DNA of 28,111 nt from NCBI GenBank assembly GCA_040387495.1, contig JAZKDQ010000015.1, positions 65,238 through 93,348 of the forward strand, in the 5' to 3' direction. The translations under genes and the position numbers were made by a program. The first letter of the stretch is position 1. Every line of letters begins with the position of its first letter. The notes beneath the pieces were generated by a model. It made no database searches. It was given only the letters and a program-made list of their open reading frames with translations, and had not been told where the DNA came from. Source of the DNA: Pseudomonadota bacterium (GTDB lineage Bacteria; Pseudomonadota; Alphaproteobacteria; Paracaedibacterales; CAIOTO01). Shown piece by piece: positions 1 to 8,762 of this stretch.

Positions 1-710
1 ATTTGCAAGTTGGAGATGAGCCTCTTTTATTAGCAAACTCGGCTCCTACATGGGCAGGTCCTGATCGAGTTCAATCTGCAAAAGCAGCTATTTTGCATGG
101 TGCCACTATCTTGGTGATGGATGATGGATTGCAAAACCCCTCTTTACAAAAGGATCTCAGCTTCATTGTTGTTGATTCAATTCAAGGCATTGGAAATGGT
201 ATGGTATTTCCTGCAGGCCCATTACGTGAACCCCTTGAATCAGGTGCAGATCGCGCGCAAGCAATGATTGTTATTGGGAATAACACTTCACCATTTGAAT
301 TCGTTGACGAACAATTTTTCGCAAAAATTAAATGTCTTAAAAATAATGTTGATACGACTAAAAACAAATCCATTGTTGCTTTTGCTGGCATTGGTTATCC
401 AGAAAAATTCCGTCATACTCTTAAAGAGAATGACTATGAAATTTGTCAGTTTGTTGAATTCGCAGATCATCATCCATACACAATTCATGATATGATTAAA
501 CTTATTAAAATTGCGGAACAATATAAAGCTACACTTTTAACGACGACTAAAGATTGGCTTAGAATTCCAAATCAGTATCGAAACAAAGTAGAATCGCTGC
601 CAATTTTGCTTAATTTTGATGAGCCTGAAAAAATTCAAAAGTTCTTGACTAAAATAATAGGTAGAGGTCACGCGAGTAAGTGTGTGGAAGCAGCCACTAG
701 TACATTGTGA
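1..710 (+). CDS. lpxK: Tetraacyldisaccharide 4'-kinase (5' end outside window)
   Basis: VGDEPLLLA, MDDGLQN, GNGMVFPAGPLREP, AFAGIGYPEKF, FADHH and TTTKDW are LpxK motifs. Confidence 0.93.
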   Translation, partial: LQVGDEPLLLANSAPTWAGPDRVQSAKAAILHGATILVMDDGLQNPSLQKDLSFIVVDSIQGIGNGMVFPAGPLREPLESGADRAQAMIVIGNNTSPFEFVDEQFFAKIKCLKNNVDTTKNKSIVAFAGIGYPEKFRHTLKENDYEICQFVEFADHHPYTIHDMIKLIKIAEQYKATLLTTTKDWLRIPNQYRNKVESLPILLNFDEPEKIQKFLTKIIGRGHASKCVEAATSTL

Positions 711-768
711 TTCAGACATAAATCATATACGCTAGAGGTATGTTATATAAACGCTAAATGAAATAAGT

Positions 769-2274
769 ATGCGCCGAGTTATTTTATGCATTCTTGATGG
801 TTGGGGGGAAAGAGCCCTTGATCAAGATAATGGTCTTCTTTTTGCAAAAAATTGGCAGCATTTATTAAAAACATATCCACATACATTTTTGAATGCATCT
901 GAATCTTATGTAGGCCTACCTGATGGGCAAATGGGGAATTCAGAAGTTGGGCATATGACGTTAGGTCTTGGGCGAAAAATCACTCAGGATTTACCGCGCA
1001 TTAACAATGCAATTAAGGATGAGACATTTCAAACGCATGATGCTTTTACCGAGTTTGTAAAAAAAACAAAAGCTGGATCAAACTGCTGTCATGTTATGGG
1101 GCTACTTTCTCCTGGCGGAGTACACTCGCACGAAGATCACTTCTTTTGTACTGTTAAGCTGCTAGCAGAGGAGGGGATTAACGTTGTTGTGCATCCTATT
1201 TTAGATGGCAGAGATACGCCGCCACGTTCTGCTTTATCTTCACTCGAGAAACTTCAAAGTTTTCTTGGAAAGAATATAAAAGCAGGAACAGTATCAGGTC
1301 GTTATTTTACTATGGACCGAGACAATCGATGGGAACGCACACAAAAAGCATATGCTGCCTTTGTTAGAGCTGATGGGTATAAATCTAAAACATTATTAGA
1401 TGCGGTTCTTTCGGCATACTCTGCAGACGTTAGTGATGAATTTATTGAACCTTGCGTGATTGGTGATTATGCAGGTGTTGAGCCAAATGATTCATTATTT
1501 TTTGTGAATTTTAGAGGTGATCGTGCGCGGCAATGGATTTCTGCACTCACACTGCCATACTTTGATAAATTCTCAATATCCCGTCTTCCGTTTTCATCAA
1601 TACTTACAATGACTGATTATTCGAAAGAGTTGTCACCCTATCATTTGACTTTGTTTCCAAAAACAGTCGTCACTGAAGGACTTGGTGAAATTGTGGCAAA
1701 TCATGCTTTGTGTCAATTGCGAATTGCTGAAACTGAAAAGTATGCACATGTAACTTATTTTTTTAACGGCGGAATTGAAGCTCCTTTTGATGGCGAAGAA
1801 CGTATCATGGTGCCATCACCACAAGTGGCAACCTACGATTTAAAGCCAGAAATGTCTGCTGAGGAGGTTACTGAGCACGTGTTATCAGCCCTTGTTTTAA
1901 AAAAACATCATCTAATTGTTGTTAATTACGCAAACCCAGATATGGTCGGACATACAGGCATTCGTCCAGCTATTGAAAAAGCAATTGAAACGATTGATTC
2001 ATTATTGCTTAGGCTTGAAAAGGAAGCACTACAAAATGATTGGGTACTTATCATAACAGCAGATCATGGAAATGTTGAGCAAATCACAGATGATGCAGGG
2101 CAGCCTCACACGGCACACACATGTAATACCGTGCCATTTTTAGTAATTAACGGAGAAAACTATTTGAGTCTACGGGAGAATGGTTCGCTGGCTGACGTTG
2201 CACCAACAATTTTGCAATGGCTAAATTTACCTCAACCAGATGTGATGTCTGGTCATTGCTTGCAACAGTTATGA
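769..2274 (+). CDS. gpmI: 2,3-bisphosphoglycerate-independent phosphoglycerate mutase
   Basis: ILDGWG, GQMGNSEVGH, DGRDTPP, NFRGDRARQ, AETEKYAHVTYFFNGG, NPDMVGHTG, TADHGN. Confidence 0.97.
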   Translation: MRRVILCILDGWGERALDQDNGLLFAKNWQHLLKTYPHTFLNASESYVGLPDGQMGNSEVGHMTLGLGRKITQDLPRINNAIKDETFQTHDAFTEFVKKTKAGSNCCHVMGLLSPGGVHSHEDHFFCTVKLLAEEGINVVVHPILDGRDTPPRSALSSLEKLQSFLGKNIKAGTVSGRYFTMDRDNRWERTQKAYAAFVRADGYKSKTLLDAVLSAYSADVSDEFIEPCVIGDYAGVEPNDSLFFVNFRGDRARQWISALTLPYFDKFSISRLPFSSILTMTDYSKELSPYHLTLFPKTVVTEGLGEIVANHALCQLRIAETEKYAHVTYFFNGGIEAPFDGEERIMVPSPQVATYDLKPEMSAEEVTEHVLSALVLKKHHLIVVNYANPDMVGHTGIRPAIEKAIETIDSLLLRLEKEALQNDWVLIITADHGNVEQITDDAGQPHTAHTCNTVPFLVINGENYLSLRENGSLADVAPTILQWLNLPQPDVMSGHCLQQL

Positions 2275-2284
2275 AGCATTTGCC

Positions 2285-3382
2285 ATGAAACATGCATTTT
2301 TCATCATCTTAGTTTTCTTGAAAATCGTGATATTTAACGCTCATGCTGAAAAATCTGTGAAAGATATTAATAATATACGCATGAGGCTCATTGATATTAC
2401 ACGTCAAATAATGCAGCTAGAATGTGAAATTAATGAATCAAATAAAGCAAATCTGTTGCTCACAAATCAGGAAAAAAATGCAGTATCAACTATTTTAGAT
2501 CAAAAAAAAATTGGTATGACGTTGCAAAATTTAAGACATGTGCAAGGATCATCGCCTTTGCTTATGGCTATAACAAGCCACTCTGTTGATGATTTGGTTA
2601 AAATCATCATTTTACTAAAAGTATTAGAACCACAACTTAATATAAAATACAATAAATCCCTTTCTCAATTAAAAACTGTTTCGATGAATCGTTCTCAAAT
2701 TAAAGAAAATACGCAAAATTTCGAAAAGAAAAAGGAAAAGGCTTCAGAACTTGAAGGTGAACTAGAAGAATTATTAACGCAGAAATATCATCTTTTCTTT
2801 AATACTTCACATAATCCAAACTTAGAAAAATTTGCAAAAGAACACAGGAAAACTGATGGTAGTAAAGATTCTTCTCAGAATTTTGATGATTTAGTGCATC
2901 AATTGCAAACACTTTTTACTTCCGAAACAGCAAAATCCATTCAAAAAATGACCTTATTATTACCTGTAAATGGCGTGTTAAGTGCGAATAGCACACAGAG
3001 TAATAATACACAGCAACAGAGTAATAATACACAGCAACAGAGTAATAATGCACAACAAATGCAACAAGATCTTTCTTTGAGTTTTGAAACGTATGCAAAT
3101 GCACACGTAATAAGTCCAATTAAGGGGAGTATAGTCTTTACTGGGTTTCTTCCATCATTTGGGCAAGTAGTCATTTTAAAACAAGATGATTTCTTCTGTG
3201 TGATGACAGGTCTTGGTGCAGTCCATTGTTTTCTGGGTGATACTTTATTGCCAGGCGAGCCAATTGGTCGCATGCCACCTGCCGATAAATCCATAAGAAC
3301 ATTTAAATTACGGATGGAATTGCATAAAGGTGGTCAACATCTTGATCCACGTCCATATTTAAGTGCGGTTGCGAGCACGTAA
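2285..3382 (+). CDS. EnvC-like murein hydrolase activator (signal peptide, coiled coil, degenerate M23/LytM domain)
   Basis: Hydrophobic N-terminus ending AHA, long coiled coil, C-terminal LPVNG...VISPIKGSIVFTG..FGQVVIL...GEPIG...LRMEL...LDPRPYL; zinc-ligand HxxxD/HxH motifs absent; lies directly after gpmI. Confidence 0.75.
   Translation: MKHAFFIILVFLKIVIFNAHAEKSVKDINNIRMRLIDITRQIMQLECEINESNKANLLLTNQEKNAVSTILDQKKIGMTLQNLRHVQGSSPLLMAITSHSVDDLVKIIILLKVLEPQLNIKYNKSLSQLKTVSMNRSQIKENTQNFEKKKEKASELEGELEELLTQKYHLFFNTSHNPNLEKFAKEHRKTDGSKDSSQNFDDLVHQLQTLFTSETAKSIQKMTLLLPVNGVLSANSTQSNNTQQQSNNTQQQSNNAQQMQQDLSLSFETYANAHVISPIKGSIVFTGFLPSFGQVVILKQDDFFCVMTGLGAVHCFLGDTLLPGEPIGRMPPADKSIRTFKLRMELHKGGQHLDPRPYLSAVAST
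2996..3058 (+). repeat. In-frame tandem repeat, 3 x 21 bp (CAGAGTAATAATACACAGCAA), encoding QSNN(T/A)QQ
   Basis: Two identical units (2996-3016, 3017-3037) and a third with 2 mismatches (3038-3058). Confidence 0.95.
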
Positions 3383-3445
3383 GAGATTGGAGACCACCAC
3401 AAAAGCTCGGGGCTAAGAATTGCATAAGAGTTGCAGGTATATGTA

Positions 3446-3474
3446 TTGACACAAAGTCTAATAAACTTTATTAT
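3446..3474 (+). promoter_or_regulatory. Predicted sigma70 promoter of the recombinase gene
   Basis: TTGACA (3446-3451), 17 nt spacer, TATTAT (3469-3474). Confidence 0.6.
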
Positions 3475-3486
3475 TAGACTTTGTGT
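3449..3486. other. Perfect 16-6-16 inverted repeat; candidate tyrosine-recombinase (dif/loxP-like) target site
   Basis: ACACAAAGTCTAATAA-ACTTTA-TTATTAGACTTTGTGT; arms are exact reverse complements with an ATAA-N6-TTAT core as in dif; ends about 95 bp upstream of the recombinase ATG. Confidence 0.7.
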
Positions 3487-3580
3487 ATTAGCTAAAAAAT
3501 TAAGGTTTTTTAGTATAAATATGAGGCGCTTTCTTATGCGTTCACTAATTAAAATTAAAATAATAAAAATGAGGACTGAA

Positions 3581-4807
3581 ATGAAATCACCAATACCTGT
3601 TTTTGAAGATCTTACACAGATGGATACATACGATCTTGTTACGTACTTACCGGATCAAACATATTTACCTGATTATATAAAAGCGCTGAACTTTCTTAAG
3701 GCATACAATGGTAGCCAGGGCACATTCAATGCCTATCGTCGTGAAGTTGAACGTTTGCTCCATTGGTGTACACTTGTAGCACAGAAATCATTGCAAGAAG
3801 TAAAGCGTGAAGATATAGAGTCGTTTATAGAATTTTGCCAGAAACCACCCACAGCATGGATTGGTGTTAACAGATTATCGCGTTTTATCACAATTGACGG
3901 AATGCGACTACCTAATCCCAAATGGCGACCTTTTGTTGTTACGATTCCAAAAGCAGCATATCAAGCTGGTGAGCGGCCAAACCCAAAAGATTTTGAACTT
4001 TCTCAAAGCGCTATTAAAGATATGTTTGCCATTCTTGGTTCTTTTTTTACTTTTTTACTTCAAGAAGAATATGTGTTTGTAAATCCCGTTGCGCTTATTC
4101 GCCAAAAAAGTAAATTCATTCGTACGGCACAAAACAAACCTAAAATCAGACGACTTTCTGATCGTCAATGGAGCTATGTAATAGCAACCGCTCAAGAAAT
4201 GGCTACTGTAAATCCCACATTACATGAGAGAACGCTCTTTATGATGTCCACTTTATATTCAATGTATTTACGTATATCAGAGCTTGGCGCCAGTAAACGC
4301 TGGAGTCCAGCTATGAATCATTTTTTTAAAGATAGCGACGAGAATTGGTGGTTTACGACTGTTGGGAAAGGCAATAAACAACGGCAAATTGCAGTGAGTG
4401 ATACGATGATAGAAGCCTTAAAAAGGTGGCGTCTATATTTAGGGTTGTCCCCCCTTCCCTCACGTGCTGACCAATCCCCCTTAATTACAAAATTACAGGG
4501 ATTTGGTGCAATTACGAATACGACATACCTTCGTCGTGTCATACAAACTTGTTTTGATCAAACAATCGCTAAGCTTAATCAAGATGGCTATGAAGAGGAT
4601 GCAGATTCACTGAAGGAAGCAACTGTTCACTGGCTTCGGCATACAGGAATATCAGATGATGTTAAACACAGACCACGTGAACATGTGCGGGATGATGCCG
4701 GGCATGGATCAGGGACTATTACAGACAAATATATCGATGTGGATTTAAAAGAGCGACATAAATCAGCTAAACACAAACTTATTCACGAGGATAATGGTTT
4801 ATCATAA
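3581..4807 (+). CDS. Tyrosine site-specific recombinase (Xer/integrase superfamily), 408 aa
   Basis: Catalytic set present: LRISE (R), GKGNK (K), HWLRH (HxxR), AGH, TDKYID (Y); N-terminal core-binding region (TFNAYRREVERLLHW); ATG 3581 preceded by GAGGA. Confidence 0.92.
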   Translation: MKSPIPVFEDLTQMDTYDLVTYLPDQTYLPDYIKALNFLKAYNGSQGTFNAYRREVERLLHWCTLVAQKSLQEVKREDIESFIEFCQKPPTAWIGVNRLSRFITIDGMRLPNPKWRPFVVTIPKAAYQAGERPNPKDFELSQSAIKDMFAILGSFFTFLLQEEYVFVNPVALIRQKSKFIRTAQNKPKIRRLSDRQWSYVIATAQEMATVNPTLHERTLFMMSTLYSMYLRISELGASKRWSPAMNHFFKDSDENWWFTTVGKGNKQRQIAVSDTMIEALKRWRLYLGLSPLPSRADQSPLITKLQGFGAITNTTYLRRVIQTCFDQTIAKLNQDGYEEDADSLKEATVHWLRHTGISDDVKHRPREHVRDDAGHGSGTITDKYIDVDLKERHKSAKHKLIHEDNGLS

Positions 4808-4974
4808 ATTAATTGGATTTTCAACGCTTCTTGTGCCCGTGATAGATGTTTACCACTTAAATTTTTTGCATAAAATGAAAATCTCAGTTTCTAAGAGGGT
4901 TTACCCTAATTTGTCTTTTTACCCTCAAAAAGGAGTATATTTTTGTAATATGGACATATCTATGTCTTCCCCTC

Positions 4975-5003
4975 TTGCATATAAAATGAACTATGCGTAA
5001 AGT
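4975..5003 (+). promoter_or_regulatory. Possible sigma70 promoter for mreB
   Basis: TTGCAT (4975-4980), 17 nt spacer, TAAAGT (4998-5003), about 30 nt before the mreB start. Confidence 0.35.
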
Positions 5004-5025
5004 AAATCAACTTCAGATTAATTAG

Positions 5026-6075
<1,050 letters not shown>

Positions 6076-6122
6076 ATAGGGATATTCGTCTTAACAAATT
6101 GGCATAATTAAAGTAAAATCTT

Positions 6123-7301
6123 ATGAATAAAATTTGGTCTAAAAATATGCTAACAAAAAAAAATATTATAATTAGCGCACTGTGTGTTTTATCTATATGG
6201 GTGGTATACAGTGCAAAGTCTTTTTTTGAGCAAAAGCCGTTTGTCGTTATACAAATTTATGAAGAGACAGCTGTTGGTGATAAGAATCAAATTATTGGAG
6301 TTGTTAATGCATTTAAGAAGCACAAACAAAGTCTAAAAGTTGTTGACTATCCTTGTAATGAAAAAACGGATATTTCAAAGTTAATTAATGATATCTCTGG
6401 TTCAAATAAAAATAGTCTTGTGATTGGAGTTGGAAAAACTGCTTTTGCTGTACTGGATAAATTATCAGCAAAAAACTTAGCACATATAAAAACACTTGCT
6501 CTTGGGCATCAATGGACGACTGCCCACTTTGCATTACTAGGGAAAGTAAATTGGATAGCTGTGCCAAATTACACTGTACCAGATTCGCTTCCTGATCTAT
6601 CAGCAACCAAAGTCATTCGCACAAATGGTGTGTCACATGCGGTTACACCAGAAAGCCTTCATACAGAATGTAACGCGTATAAAGCAAAGATACCTTTAAC
6701 TGCAGCTGATAGAGTTATCATTTTAGGTGGGGATACCCCAACAACAGCTGGGGTGCAGAAACGGTTTACTAAGGCCGATGCTATAGGATTGGCAATAGCT
6801 ATTCTTCATGAGAGAAATGACGGAATTCTCTACATTGTAAATGGACCTCGCACTGGTAAGTTGAATGAAAACTTAGAAGAAATAAAAAACATACACAGAG
6901 ATGAGCGTATTGATGCAGTTACAACTGCATTTATTGAAACGTTAAAAAAACAAGGTGTTTCAGAAAATCGTATTAAATTATATGACTTTAAACTTGGACA
7001 AAAAAGCTTGTATACCCCCCTTCTTGCTGCCGCATTTTTGAATAATACTGCTATTTGGGTTCCAGGTGAATCATCATCAATGATATGCGAGGTAACTTCA
7101 GTAATACCACCTAAGAATGTTCTTATCTACGATAATGGAGCTATGAATGAAACACATAAGAAACACGTTGCAAGTGTATATGCACAAGGAAAAGCAAAAC
7201 GTTTTTATGATGGAACACTAAGGGATTTGATCGTAAAGAAGGTGTCATTACCAGACGCACATGATCAAATTGTGACCGTTATTATCGAAACAATACATTA
7301 G
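6123..7301 (+). CDS. Divergent ELM1/GtrOC1-family (mitochondrial fission ELM1-like) putative glycosyltransferase with N-terminal membrane anchor
   Basis: GDKNQIIGV, IILGG, NGPRTG and VPGESSSMICE resemble the family motifs GHxNQxxGL, LIGG, TSRRT and VTxDSxSMxSE; hydrophobic stretch IIISALCVLSIWVVY. Confidence 0.6.
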   Translation: MNKIWSKNMLTKKNIIISALCVLSIWVVYSAKSFFEQKPFVVIQIYEETAVGDKNQIIGVVNAFKKHKQSLKVVDYPCNEKTDISKLINDISGSNKNSLVIGVGKTAFAVLDKLSAKNLAHIKTLALGHQWTTAHFALLGKVNWIAVPNYTVPDSLPDLSATKVIRTNGVSHAVTPESLHTECNAYKAKIPLTAADRVIILGGDTPTTAGVQKRFTKADAIGLAIAILHERNDGILYIVNGPRTGKLNENLEEIKNIHRDERIDAVTTAFIETLKKQGVSENRIKLYDFKLGQKSLYTPLLAAAFLNNTAIWVPGESSSMICEVTSVIPPKNVLIYDNGAMNETHKKHVASVYAQGKAKRFYDGTLRDLIVKKVSLPDAHDQIVTVIIETIH

Positions 7302-7318
7302 TTTGAAAAAAGGTTTAC

Positions 7319-8269
7319 ATGACAGTCTCTTTATTTGGTTTCAAAGCTGCAGGACTTAAGCGTCAACAATATGTTTGGTCATTAATGATATCACTTGTAA
7401 AAGGCTCATTGTTAACGCTACAACGTATTTTCATCATTATGATGGTTGTTTTGGCTTGTGTATATGCCATGGTCGTAATGCGAATAGATCATCCAATATT
7501 GAGCCGAATCAAAACTATTTCACTTGATTTAACAATGCCGCTCTTGCAGAGTATCAATCAACCTATCGTCATACTGCACCATCAATATAAAAAATTACGT
7601 GATTTCAACCAATTACAGACCAGTTTAGATTCGCTCCAAAAAGAAAATTTTCAGCTTGAAGAATGGAAATCATTAGCGCTTCAGCTCAAGCGTGAGAATC
7701 AAAATTTACGTGAGTTATTGCGCACACTTCCCTCCCCTGACCAATCATTTTTTACAGCAAAAGTACTGGGTTCCCCCGCAGGAGGTGAACATTCAACGTT
7801 ACTAATTGCTGCTACAGAGGCAGATGGAGTTGAAAAAAATGCTGTTGTAGTCTGCGCAAAAGGCGTGGTTGGACGTGTTGTTGAAACGGGGTTACTTGTA
7901 TCACGTGTTACACTGTTAACAGATATTAATGCTCGCACACCAGTCCGCTTCGAATCAACAGGAGAACATGCGATCTTGGCAGGAACGGGGAAGGCAGAAC
8001 TTGTGATTCTTCATAGAAAATCTCTTTATGAAATGCCTCTTGAAAACACAGAAAAAACTGAGGTTCTTAAAGTTGGCGATCGCCTTGTCACGTCTGGTTT
8101 TGGTGGCATTTTTCCTCCTGACTTAGCAGTCGCTATTGTGACACGTATTGAAAAAGATCCTGCAGGCGATAAAGTCCTTGCACGATTAATAGCGACACCC
8201 CAAACACTTGAATTTGTACGTATATTTGATGCCCTCGATGCCCAAGACTCATCTATTCAAGTTTCCTGA
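7319..8269 (+). CDS. mreC: Rod shape-determining protein MreC
   Basis: TM helix, coiled coil (LKRENQNLRELL), GVVGRVVE, SRVTLLTD, GDRLVTSGFGGIFPPDL. Confidence 0.95.
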   Translation: MTVSLFGFKAAGLKRQQYVWSLMISLVKGSLLTLQRIFIIMMVVLACVYAMVVMRIDHPILSRIKTISLDLTMPLLQSINQPIVILHHQYKKLRDFNQLQTSLDSLQKENFQLEEWKSLALQLKRENQNLRELLRTLPSPDQSFFTAKVLGSPAGGEHSTLLIAATEADGVEKNAVVVCAKGVVGRVVETGLLVSRVTLLTDINARTPVRFESTGEHAILAGTGKAELVILHRKSLYEMPLENTEKTEVLKVGDRLVTSGFGGIFPPDLAVAIVTRIEKDPAGDKVLARLIATPQTLEFVRIFDALDAQDSSIQVS

Positions 8270-8762
8270 CTTTAGTGTCTGGGTCCGAATACGGATGCAA
8301 ATAGGTGTTTTTTTAGTAGGATACCTGTGCATTGTCATGAAAGCATCTTATTGGGGTTCTATTTTAGGGCCTAGACTTTTTTTATGGCCTTGCATCTTGT
8401 TTTATCTATCTATTTTTGCAACCCCAGTAGCATCGATGTTGCAAATTCTAGTTTTAGGACTGATTCATGATAGTATATTCAACTTACCACTTGGGCTTTC
8501 TAGTTTTATATGGATTTCATGGTATTGGTTTTTAGCAAAACAAAGCCGATATCTTATAAAAGCAAACATCAAAATCTTGTGGGGAACATTTGCTGCTACC
8601 CTCTGTGCAATTAACAGTATTGAATATATTATACTTATTAAAACACAGCATGCAGTTGATTGTGTTCATGTATTTAGTGAAACACTCTTGCACATTGGTT
8701 TTTTCCCTATTGGTATTCATTTTTTTCATCTCCTCCTTCTAAGGCTTGGTAACTCTAAATGA
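8238..8762 (+). CDS. mreD: Rod shape-determining protein MreD (start uncertain)
   Basis: Small polytopic membrane protein with LGLIHDSIFNLPLG motif, between mreC and mrdA; stop overlaps the mrdA start. Confidence 0.8.
   Translation: MPKTHLFKFPDFSVWVRIRMQIGVFLVGYLCIVMKASYWGSILGPRLFLWPCILFYLSIFATPVASMLQILVLGLIHDSIFNLPLGLSSFIWISWYWFLAKQSRYLIKANIKILWGTFAATLCAINSIEYIILIKTQHAVDCVHVFSETLLHIGFFPIGIHFFHLLLLRLGNSK

Noticed and set aside
2996..3058. CRISPR array
   Set aside because: Head-to-tail repeats with no spacers, in frame within a CDS, and no cas genes
3449..3486. Palindrome as the intrinsic terminator of the envC-like gene or as a protelomerase site
   Set aside because: AT-rich stem with no U tract; a 6-bp asymmetric spacer is unlike the continuous palindromes of telomere resolvases. 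A terminator role is not fully excluded
3431..3580. 50-aa N-terminal extension of the recombinase in the ORF track
   Set aside because: Runs through the promoter and palindrome; ATG 3581 has a GAGGA RBS
4974..5001. Degenerate canonical dif-like 11-6-11 (minus strand TTTACGCATAG-TTCATT-TTATATGCAAG) downstream of the recombinase
   Set aside because: The inner ATAA is broken, the XerD-like arm matches only 7 of 11, and the same bases fit an mreB promoter; plausible by chance in AT-rich DNA
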